From Flavobacteriaceae bacterium (lineage in GTDB: Bacteria; Bacteroidota; Bacteroidia; Flavobacteriales; Flavobacteriaceae): a DNA stretch of 64,000 nt. Every line of letters starts with the position of its first letter. Position 1 is the first letter of the stretch. The stretch lies in assembly GCA_029252105.1 (NCBI GenBank), contig JAQXCA010000026.1, forward strand, positions 12,765 through 76,764, given 5' to 3'. Positions 20,223-28,070 of this stretch are shown in pieces. Below the pieces are notes generated by a model. The model did not search any database. It saw only the letters and a list, made by a program, of their open reading frames with translations, and was not told the DNA's origin. The translations under genes were made by a program, and so were the position numbers.

Positions 20223-20906
20223 TTAAATAAATCCTTTTTCTTTAGCCACAATAATCAGTTGTTTGTCTTCAAGACTTGAGACATCAAAAATCTTTTTTAG
20301 TTGTCGTTTTCTTTTTTCTATGCCCGCTATTGAAAGCGGTAAAATATTTGGAAGTTCTTTCATTCGAGTTCCCGTTGACAATTCATATAAAATTCTTCTG
20401 TCAATAGCGTCTATAAAAAAATTATTTTCAATTTGAGTTCGAAGTAATTTAAGTACTGTATGACTATAATAGGGCGGATCTGTCAGAACGGTGTGAATCG
20501 TCTGAATGAGTTCTTTAGGAGTGATATCGTTTTTTATTAAAAAACCATCGGGATTGATACTTCTAAGAATACTGTCCACGCGGTAGTTGTCGTTTAATGT
20601 TGTAGCTACAATGATTTTTGTTTTAGGGAATAATTTGTTTATTTTCAAACCTAAATCTTCTCCTGAAAGTGCTTTGTGATCTTTTGACGGTGGTAGTTTC
20701 ATGTCTAAAAACACCAAACCAGGCTCCTTTCCTTTTCGCTTATATCCATTAATTAATTGCAGTGCACTGTCACAGTTCTCAGCAATTTGTATGGTGAAAT
20801 TAATAGCACTTTGTTGTGCTGTATAATACTTTAGTGCTGTTTTGTATGCCTCTACAATTAATGGATGATCATCAATAATTAGAACTGGATATTTTTTAAT
20901 TGCCAT
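20223..20906 (-). CDS. NarL/LuxR-like DNA-binding response regulator
   Basis: IIDDHP, LVFLDMKL with phospho-Asp, GFLIK; C-terminal HTH-like IDRRILYELSTG..MKEL...LSIAGIEKRK. Confidence 0.88.
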   Translation of the reverse strand: MAIKKYPVLIIDDHPLIVEAYKTALKYYTAQQSAINFTIQIAENCDSALQLINGYKRKGKEPGLVFLDMKLPPSKDHKALSGEDLGLKINKLFPKTKIIVATTLNDNYRVDSILRSINPDGFLIKNDITPKELIQTIHTVLTDPPYYSHTVLKLLRTQIENNFFIDAIDRRILYELSTGTRMKELPNILPLSIAGIEKRKRQLKKIFDVSSLEDKQLIIVAKEKGFI

Positions 20907-20917
20907 TTTTGAGTTGT

Positions 20918-22975
20918 TTAAATTGGGATTTTGATTATTATTTGAGTCCCTTTGTTATGTTTTGAAACGATACTGAATTTGCCATTTAATTTCTCTGTTC
21001 TAGATTTCATGTTTTTGATTCCAATGCCTTTACGCTTTTGCTTTGCGTCAAAACTGACGCCGTCATCTTTTATCTCCATCAATAGTTTTTTATTATGAAA
21101 CCAGAAATTCAATGTTACCTTTGTTGCTGAAGCGTGTTTGAGTATATTTAGTAATGCTTCTTGCAAAATCCTAAATAGGTTCACTTTTGTAATTTGATTT
21201 ATGTGTTGCCAGTCAATAGCCGGATCAAAATCCAGTTTAAATGTGAAGTCTCCCAACTTACTTTTGCTTTCCATTAGATTATGAATGATACTTGAAAAAT
21301 TTATCTGAGAACTAGTAGTGTTGTCACTTAATTTATGACATACATCTCGTATTTCTTTTTCTATTGTTTGTAATTCATTTAAAAATGAAACATGATCATT
21401 TTTCGTTTTTTCATTCCCTTCGATATTTAAAAATCCAAGACCTAACCGGGTCCCAAATAAACGTCCTAGCACACCATCATGCAAATCTTCTGCTATTCGG
21501 TTACGTTCAAGGATGCGTTCATTTTCTATTTTCTCTTGTTGTTTTAAAGAGATTAAATACACTTGTTCATTTGCTTTTTGTTGTTCATTCTCAAAAAGTA
21601 GTGCTCTTTTTTTTGATTTTTCATCCGTTATATAAATTGAAAACCCAAAGACCAAAAACAATATTGAACTAATGGTTATAATCCATATTTTTTGCTGTAA
21701 AAGGCGTTGGGTTTCCTCGATGTATTCGTCTGTTTCGTATGCAATTCGTGTAAACTTATTTTGAATGTTACGTTCTATTACGATCAAGCTATCACTAAAA
21801 TCGATGTGCTTTTTTAAGTAAATTGCCGAATTTCTTTTGTCCAAGTGCGCCAAAACAGATAGTGTTTCCAAATAGTCCCGACCGTTTCTAATGTCTTTCG
21901 CTAATGCGTTGGCTTCTTTTGCATATGCTATAGCTTTGAGTGTGTCTTGAGCGTAGGCATAATAGTGTGCAAAATGAATTTTACTGATAACGACACCCGA
22001 TTTACGGTCTTGATTCATTCGTATGTCCAAAGCCTCTTGCAGTGCATTAGCAACATTAGTGGTGTCTTTCATTAACAGTTGGCAATAGGCTTTGTTGTCA
22101 ATGGTACGCGCATAATTCTCTATGTTTGAAGCCTTTAAATGTTTGTTTTTTAGAAGGGCATTAAAGTTTTGCAATGCATTTATATAATCTCCTTTTTTCA
22201 AATAGGTGTTTCCAATATTATTTAAAACAGCTTGTCGAAGATTGTTGTTGTTTTTTACCTTCTTAAGATTTTCAATGGCTTTTTCAAAATAGAATAAAGC
22301 CTTATCAAATTTCGAAATGTCGTTTTGTAAGTTGCCCAAATGGTTATAGCATGAAAATAAAGATTTGTAGTTTTCTGTTTTTTTAAAGATCTCAATGGCC
22401 TTAAACGTTAAAACTTCACTTCCTGTATAATCTTTAAAGCGCCCTTTAATAAATGCCATTCCATATTGGACATACGCTAATTCTGACAGTTGTCCAATTT
22501 TTTCAAAATAGTCTTGAGCCATGTTAAAGTGGTAATAGGCATTGTCATAGGCTTCGTTGTTCACATAATAAGTGGCGTAATTCCAATGGGCGTCGCCTAT
22601 GGCAAACGAATCTTTTAGAGTCGTTGCTAGCTTCAAAGCTTCGGCGTTATGTGCTTTAAATAATAGTGTATCGCCTAGTTTTAGGTGCTGATAAGCATTT
22701 GAGGTTAACTTCCGTGTTCGAAGGGTGTCAGTACGATTAGCTTTAATGCTGTGGTAGCATTTTAGTAAAAACTGTTTGCGTTGCTCTAGGGTATAGGTTG
22801 TGTTTTTAGAAGCTTTCGTCCAATAGTTTACACTATCAATTTTAGAAAACAACAACTCATATTGTGTTCGGATAGGTTCATTCTCATTCGCGTGGGCCAT
22901 GAGTCCAAACAAAACGCCTGCGGCAAGCCATTGGTATATGTAGTTAGGTTTCAAAAAGAAAGGGGTTTTAAGCAA
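20918..22975 (-). CDS. TPR-repeat sensor histidine kinase (HisKA_3/NarX type)
   Basis: N-terminal hydrophobic signal, many TPR-like helices (YNHLGNLQ, LNNIGNTY), one TM (IWIITISSILFLVFGFSIYI), ERNRIAEDLHD H-box, RILQEALLNILKHA N-box, GIGIKNM. The TTG start is uncertain. Confidence 0.92.
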   Translation of the reverse strand: MLKTPFFLKPNYIYQWLAAGVLFGLMAHANENEPIRTQYELLFSKIDSVNYWTKASKNTTYTLEQRKQFLLKCYHSIKANRTDTLRTRKLTSNAYQHLKLGDTLLFKAHNAEALKLATTLKDSFAIGDAHWNYATYYVNNEAYDNAYYHFNMAQDYFEKIGQLSELAYVQYGMAFIKGRFKDYTGSEVLTFKAIEIFKKTENYKSLFSCYNHLGNLQNDISKFDKALFYFEKAIENLKKVKNNNNLRQAVLNNIGNTYLKKGDYINALQNFNALLKNKHLKASNIENYARTIDNKAYCQLLMKDTTNVANALQEALDIRMNQDRKSGVVISKIHFAHYYAYAQDTLKAIAYAKEANALAKDIRNGRDYLETLSVLAHLDKRNSAIYLKKHIDFSDSLIVIERNIQNKFTRIAYETDEYIEETQRLLQQKIWIITISSILFLVFGFSIYITDEKSKKRALLFENEQQKANEQVYLISLKQQEKIENERILERNRIAEDLHDGVLGRLFGTRLGLGFLNIEGNEKTKNDHVSFLNELQTIEKEIRDVCHKLSDNTTSSQINFSSIIHNLMESKSKLGDFTFKLDFDPAIDWQHINQITKVNLFRILQEALLNILKHASATKVTLNFWFHNKKLLMEIKDDGVSFDAKQKRKGIGIKNMKSRTEKLNGKFSIVSKHNKGTQIIIKIPI

Positions 22976-22981
22976 AGTACT

Positions 22982-23021
22982 AAAAAAAGCCTTTAATAAA
23001 TTTTATTAAAGGCTTTTTTTT
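22982..23021 (-). terminator. Strong intrinsic (bidirectional-type) terminator after the small peptide gene
   Basis: Perfect 19-bp inverted repeat AAAAAAAGCCTTTAATAAA-T-TTTATTAAAGGCTTTTTTT with A and T tails. Confidence 0.88.
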
Positions 23022-23035
23022 ATGTGGTGTAGGAA

Positions 23036-23194
23036 TTATTCTTTACCGCCATTTTGCACGTTAGCAGAATCATCGCCAGTGGCTTGGGTGTCTTCTACAG
23101 CGTTTGTGCGGTCATCTTCCAAAGCTTGTGGGCTGCAAGACGCAAAAAATAGTGTGATTGTCAGTAAAGAAAAAATTAGTTTCAGGGTTTTCAT
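23036..23194 (-). CDS. 52-aa secreted lipoprotein-type peptide (candidate signalling-peptide precursor), not in ORF track
   Basis: Manual translation MKTLKLIFSLLTITLFFASCSPQALEDDRTNAVEDTQATGDDSANVQNGGKE: basic n-region, hydrophobic core, lipobox FASC (Cys20), acidic tail. AT-rich leader and its own terminator. Confidence 0.85.
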   Translation of the reverse strand: MKTLKLIFSLLTITLFFASCSPQALEDDRTNAVEDTQATGDDSANVQNGGKE

Positions 23195-23349
23195 AATTCA
23201 AAATTTTATAGGTTAGTAATTGTTTTTTTAAGTCACAAATGTGGTGTGTTCTATTCATATTATAAATGATGAGTAGAGTAGTAGTTAGTTACAAGGAATT
23301 CCTACGGCAAACATACAATGAAGCCTTGTAATAACGACTACGTTAACAG

Positions 23350-23406
23350 TTGTTTTTAGTGATAGGAAGCGTTTTGTTAGTGAACACCCGAGTTTTGATA
23401 GGGAAG
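23350..23406. promoter_or_regulatory. Three imperfect direct repeats at 21-bp period (candidate LytTR operator)
   Basis: TTGTTTTTAGTGATA (23350), GTTTTGTTAGTGAAC (23371), GTTTTGATAGGGAAG (23392); TAG(T/G)GA cores at 23357, 23378 and 23399. Confidence 0.6.
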
Positions 23407-24132
23407 TTAATTTAGCGTAAACAGTGCTTTTTCAGATAACACCTCGTTAATTTCCTGAATATTGCCTAGAAATGTTTTTGAAAAGGGCAGCTTATGTGAA
23501 TTCTTAATAATACACGTGGATTTCCCGTAATGAATCCTAGAAATACAATTTATGTTTATGATATAACTTTTATGAATTCTATAAAAAGACTTAGGTAGCG
23601 ATTTTTCAAAAATCTTAAGGGTTTTATAGGCACTAATGACTTTGCCGTCTATCATGTAAAAATCGGTTGTATTGTTGTCGGCTTTTAAATACATAATATC
23701 AGAAATATCTAGATAATGATAATCTTTATGTGATTTTAGACAAATAGTATCAATTTCTTTTTTGGGTAGGCATTTAAGTGTTTTTAGAAGACACTTTCTA
23801 ATAGAAAACTCATCCATAGGTTTTAAAAGAAAGTATAAAAAGTTATATTTATAAGCATTAAAAGCTTGTTTTTCGGAGGAAGAAAGCGCTATAAAGATAG
23901 GACTATCATCCATGAAAAGTGTCGTTTCAAAAAGCATTTCAAGGAAATTAATTTTATTAGACTCTATGTTAATAAAAATAATCGCAGGTTTTTTAATTAA
24001 AATAGCATTTAGGACTTCGTCTTGGTTTTCACGTATAATACTAAAGGCTATTTGTGTGTATTCATTCCCTACAGTTTTTATGAAATCAACGGTTTTCTGA
24101 TCATCATCTATAATTAAACATTCTATAGCCAT
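23407..24132 (-). CDS. LytTR-family response regulator with atypical receiver (Asp to Asn)
   Basis: IIDDD and LLKP receiver motifs but IIFINIE at the phospho-site; LytTR motifs IMYLKADNNTTDF, TLK.FE..LP..FYRIHKSYIIN. The ATG at 24132 is preferred over TTG 24147. Confidence 0.88.
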   Translation of the reverse strand: MAIECLIIDDDQKTVDFIKTVGNEYTQIAFSIIRENQDEVLNAILIKKPAIIFINIESNKINFLEMLFETTLFMDDSPIFIALSSSEKQAFNAYKYNFLYFLLKPMDEFSIRKCLLKTLKCLPKKEIDTICLKSHKDYHYLDISDIMYLKADNNTTDFYMIDGKVISAYKTLKIFEKSLPKSFYRIHKSYIININCISRIHYGKSTCIIKNSHKLPFSKTFLGNIQEINEVLSEKALFTLN

Positions 24133-24384
24133 ACCTTTTAGAAGCAATTTAAGAACTCAAATTGAAATGTTGAGGTAAATTTGTATTACAATAAGTAAGG
24201 CTAAGACTTGCTATTTTACTGTATTATAATACAATTTTTTAAACACCAACAGAGAAAGCCGTTCTAGACCAGATTTAGTAGGTATATAAAAAGAGAAACC
24301 AACATGTTCAAAAAGATGGCTATGAACACTAGTTTTGAAGGGAGAAGTTGGTGTTTTGTTTTACAAGTATGGTGGTTTGATTCC

Positions 24385-24418
24385 AAAAAAAAACGCTTGC
24401 AACTTTGCAAACGTTTTT
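24385..24418 (-). terminator. Intrinsic terminator downstream of GSII gene
   Basis: AAAAACGCTTGCAA-CT-TTGCAAACGTTTTT hairpin preceded by an A-run (U-tail on the minus strand). Confidence 0.7.
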
Positions 24419-24441
24419 AAAATATATATAAAGTGTAGTAA

Positions 24442-25464
24442 TTAAATTTTAGCAGACTTTACCGTTTTGATAATACGTCCTGCAATCTTGTAAGGATCTC
24501 CATTAGAAGCAGGTCTTCTGTCTTCTAACCAGCCTTTCCAACCTTTTTCTACAGCAATGATTGGAATTCGAATTGATGCGCCTCTGTCGGAAACTCCCCA
24601 AGAGAAATCTGTAATTGCAGCCGTTTCGTGTAAGCCAGTCAAACGTTGATCGTTAAACTCACCATAAACTTCAATATGCTCTTTAACAACAGGTCTGAAT
24701 GCTTCACAAATCTTAGCATAAACTTCTTTGTCTCCACAAGTTCTTAAAATTGAGTTAGAGAAGTTGGCATGCATACCAGAACCATTCCAGTCCATATCTT
24801 TTCCTAATGGTTTTGGGTGGTAATCAATATAGTAACCATACTTTTCAGTTAAACGGTCCAATAAATAACGTGCAATCCATATTTCATCACCAGCTTGTTT
24901 AGCGCCTTTTGCAAACAATTGGAATTCCCATTGTCCAGATGCAACTTCTTGGTTTATCCCTTCAAAATTTAAACCGGCATCAATACATAAATCTGCATGT
25001 TCTTCAACTAAAGCACGACCATGAGTGTTTTTACCTCCAACAGAGCAATAGTACATGCCTTGTGGAGCAGGATATCCTCCTACAGGGAACCCTAAAGGTA
25101 ATTGTGTTTTTGTATCCATGATAAAATATTCTTGCTCAAAACCGAACCAGAAATCATTATCATTATCATCAATAGTGGCTCTTCCATTAGAAACGTGAGC
25201 AGTACCATCTGCGTTCAAAACTTCTGTCATTACCAGATATCCATTAATTCTTGCAGGATCTTTGTAGATCGCAACAGGCTTTAATAAACAGTCAGAAGCA
25301 CCTCCAGATGCTTGTTTTGTAGATGAACCATCAAAAGACCAGTTATCCAGTTCTTCTATTGTTCCCTGAAAATTTTCGTGCTCTTCGACTTTGGTTTTAC
25401 TTCTCATATTTTGAGTTGGAAAATATCCATCTAACCAAATATATTCTAATTTAATTTTTGCCAT
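24442..25464 (-). CDS. glnII: Glutamine synthetase type II
   Basis: 340 aa; LEYIWLDG, WSFDGSST, WFGFEQEY, QWEFQ, DWNGSGMH, DRGASIRIP, EDRRPASN. Confidence 0.93.
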   Translation of the reverse strand: MAKIKLEYIWLDGYFPTQNMRSKTKVEEHENFQGTIEELDNWSFDGSSTKQASGGASDCLLKPVAIYKDPARINGYLVMTEVLNADGTAHVSNGRATIDDNDNDFWFGFEQEYFIMDTKTQLPLGFPVGGYPAPQGMYYCSVGGKNTHGRALVEEHADLCIDAGLNFEGINQEVASGQWEFQLFAKGAKQAGDEIWIARYLLDRLTEKYGYYIDYHPKPLGKDMDWNGSGMHANFSNSILRTCGDKEVYAKICEAFRPVVKEHIEVYGEFNDQRLTGLHETAAITDFSWGVSDRGASIRIPIIAVEKGWKGWLEDRRPASNGDPYKIAGRIIKTVKSAKI

Positions 25465-25515
25465 AATTTTTTAAATGTTTAATATAATGACAACAAATAT
25501 AAAAATAATGAGAGT

Positions 25516-25588
25516 TACTCTATTTTTTAAGGGTATATTTTATCAACACCACCATCTTTTTATTGAATACCCTATTTTTTTATGGGTT
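25516..25588. promoter_or_regulatory. Two related palindromic boxes between divergent GS genes
   Basis: TACTC-TATTTTTTAA-GGGTA (25516-25535) and TACCC-TATTTTTTTAT-GGGTT (25568-25588). Confidence 0.5.
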
Positions 25589-25716
25589 TCATTATATTTT
25601 TCATATTTTAAGGCTTAGTAAATTTTATATTTGTTAATAAATATTTTCACGCAGGCTCGTTTTTAATACGATTATTTTATTTTTGTATTCAAGATTTTCA
25701 TTAAACCCTAATAGTT

Positions 25717-27903
25717 ATGTCAACACTTAGATTTCATGCCCTCAAACAATCCTTAGACCGTCCCCCTACACAGGTTGGAAAAGAAGTTAAACAATCTGAA
25801 ATTTTTGGAGCCAATGTTTTTGGATTCAAAACGATGCGTCAATTTTTGACTAAAGATGCGTTTAAAAGCCTCATGCGCGCCATTGATAAAGGTGATAAAA
25901 TCAACCGTTCTATTGCCGATCAAATTGCGTCTTCTATGAAAGATTGGGCTATGGCTAAAGGCGTTACGCATTATACACACTGGTTTCAACCCCTAACAGG
26001 TGCTACTGCCGAAAAACATGACGCCTTTTTTGAAACCCTTGGAAATGGCGAATCATTGGAACGTTTTGAAGGCAACCAATTGGTACAACAGGAGCCTGAT
26101 GCTTCTTCGTTTCCCAATGGGGGCATACGAAATACTTTTGAGGCGCGTGGGTATACCGCGTGGGATCCCACTTCACCAGCTTTCATCTACGGAACTACAC
26201 TGTGTGTGCCCACTGTATTTGTGGCCTACACTGGTGAGGCTTTAGACTATAAAACCCCTTTACTTCGAGCGCTAAATGCAGTCGATCATGCGGCAACCGA
26301 TGTCGCTCGTTATTTTGATAAAACAGTCAAAAAAGTGACAGCATCTTTAGGATGGGAACAAGAATATTTTCTGATTGATAAGGCTTTAGTCGCCTCTCGA
26401 CCAGATTTAGAAATGACCGGACGTACGCTTTTAGGTCACAGTTCTGCCAAAGATCAACAACTCGATGATCACTACTTTGGTACCATTCCTGCGCGAGCCT
26501 TAAATTTTATGCGCGACCTTGAAACAGAATCTATGCTGTTAGGGATTCCCGTAAAAACACGCCATAATGAAGTAGCTCCAAATCAATTTGAGTTGGCCCC
26601 TATTTATGAGGAGGCCAATTTAGCGGTCGATCATAATTCGTTGGTTATGGATGTGATGCAGAAAGTGGCAGATCGTCATCATTTTAAAGTCTTATTTCAT
26701 GAAAAGCCGTTTGCCGGAGTAAATGGTTCTGGGAAACATAATAATTGGAGTTTAAGTACAGACACAGGAGTTAATTTATTAGCTCCAGGAAAAACGCCAA
26801 TGAGTAATTTACAATTTCTTACCTTTTTTATAAATACAATTAAAGCAGTTCATGACAATGAAGAATTACTTCGAGCGTCTATTGCATCAGCTACTAATGA
26901 TCACCGCCTTGGAGCAAATGAAGCACCGCCAGCAATTATGTCTGTATTCATTGGCGAGCAATTGTCTAAAGTACTTCATGAATTGGAAGGAGTGACCAAA
27001 GGAAAATTATCCCCAGAAGAAAAAACAGATCTAAAATTGAATGTGGTTGGAAAAATTCCTGAAATTTTATTAGACAATACTGACCGTAATCGTACGTCTT
27101 CTTTTGCATTTACAGGCAATAAATTCGAATTTCGTGCTGTAGGTTCCACTGCCAATTGCGCCAATCCAATGACCGTTTTAAACTCTATTGTAGCACGTCA
27201 ATTAATTGATTTTAAGGCTGAAGCAGATGAGTTAATTAATGCCAAAGGATTGAAAAAAGATGAAGCCATTTTTAATGTTTTGAGAGAATATATAAAAACG
27301 TCTCGAAATATTCTTTTTGAAGGAAATGGTTATGGCGATGACTGGCAAAGTGAAGCTAAAAAAAGAGGGTTGAGCAATAATAAAAACACCCCTGAAGCGC
27401 TAAAAATTAAAGTTGATCCTAAAACCATCGCGCTTTATGAAGGTTTAAACGTCATGAATAAAGTGGAAATTGAAGCACGATACGACGTTGAAATTGAAGA
27501 ATATGTACACATCATTCAAATTGAAGGACGAACCTTGGGAGATATCGCTAGAAATCATGTCATTCCTACGGCAGTTAAATATCAAAATATACTAATTGAC
27601 AATGTCAAGGGCTTAAAAGAAATTTTTGGTAAAGACTTCAAAAAATTTGCTAGCGAACAATTGGTTTTAATTGCTGATATATCCGAACGCATTGAAGCTA
27701 TTAATTCTGGAGTTACAACGATGACCAATGCTCGTAAAAAAGCAAATACTATTAAAGACACTACGAAAAAAGCGTCAGCCTATTGCAATCAAGTTAAACC
27801 ACTTTTCGATGATATCCGTTACCATTGTGATAAATTAGAATTACTAATTGATGATGAATTATGGCCGTTAGCTAAGTATCGCGAATTGCTTTTCACAAAG
27901 TAG
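25717..27903 (+). CDS. glnN: Glutamine synthetase type III
   Basis: 728 aa; THYTHWFQPLTG, AEKHD, EPDASSFPNGG, FEARGYTAWDPTSP, GWEQEYF, DRNRTS.FAFTGNKFEFR. Confidence 0.95.
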   Translation: MSTLRFHALKQSLDRPPTQVGKEVKQSEIFGANVFGFKTMRQFLTKDAFKSLMRAIDKGDKINRSIADQIASSMKDWAMAKGVTHYTHWFQPLTGATAEKHDAFFETLGNGESLERFEGNQLVQQEPDASSFPNGGIRNTFEARGYTAWDPTSPAFIYGTTLCVPTVFVAYTGEALDYKTPLLRALNAVDHAATDVARYFDKTVKKVTASLGWEQEYFLIDKALVASRPDLEMTGRTLLGHSSAKDQQLDDHYFGTIPARALNFMRDLETESMLLGIPVKTRHNEVAPNQFELAPIYEEANLAVDHNSLVMDVMQKVADRHHFKVLFHEKPFAGVNGSGKHNNWSLSTDTGVNLLAPGKTPMSNLQFLTFFINTIKAVHDNEELLRASIASATNDHRLGANEAPPAIMSVFIGEQLSKVLHELEGVTKGKLSPEEKTDLKLNVVGKIPEILLDNTDRNRTSSFAFTGNKFEFRAVGSTANCANPMTVLNSIVARQLIDFKAEADELINAKGLKKDEAIFNVLREYIKTSRNILFEGNGYGDDWQSEAKKRGLSNNKNTPEALKIKVDPKTIALYEGLNVMNKVEIEARYDVEIEEYVHIIQIEGRTLGDIARNHVIPTAVKYQNILIDNVKGLKEIFGKDFKKFASEQLVLIADISERIEAINSGVTTMTNARKKANTIKDTTKKASAYCNQVKPLFDDIRYHCDKLELLIDDELWPLAKYRELLFTK

Positions 27904-28045
27904 AAGGATCAAAATATTAGTAGATAGTATTGATATAAAAAAGTTTAGATTTAAAAAAATATATAGTCTAAACTCTTACATATACTCATTCTATGTTTTA
28001 GGTCTTTTCTCATGACTCTTTAGTCTTTTTTCTTAAATACTTTCT

Positions 28046-28053
28046 TACTTTTG
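28046..28053 (+). promoter_or_regulatory. -7 promoter element for purM-prfA-pyrF
   Basis: TACTTTTG 17 nt upstream of the ATG. Confidence 0.55.
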
Positions 28054-28070
28054 CATATCAAATATATTAT

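Noticed and set aside
23022-23216. Plus-strand 64-aa ORF in the ORF track
   Set aside because: Antisense shadow of the minus-strand 52-aa lipopeptide, which has a signal peptide, terminator and operon orientation.
27942-27974. Hairpin AGTTTAGA...TCTAAACT after GSIII gene
   Set aside because: Long AT-rich loop and no clear U-tail; too weak to call a terminator or ncRNA.
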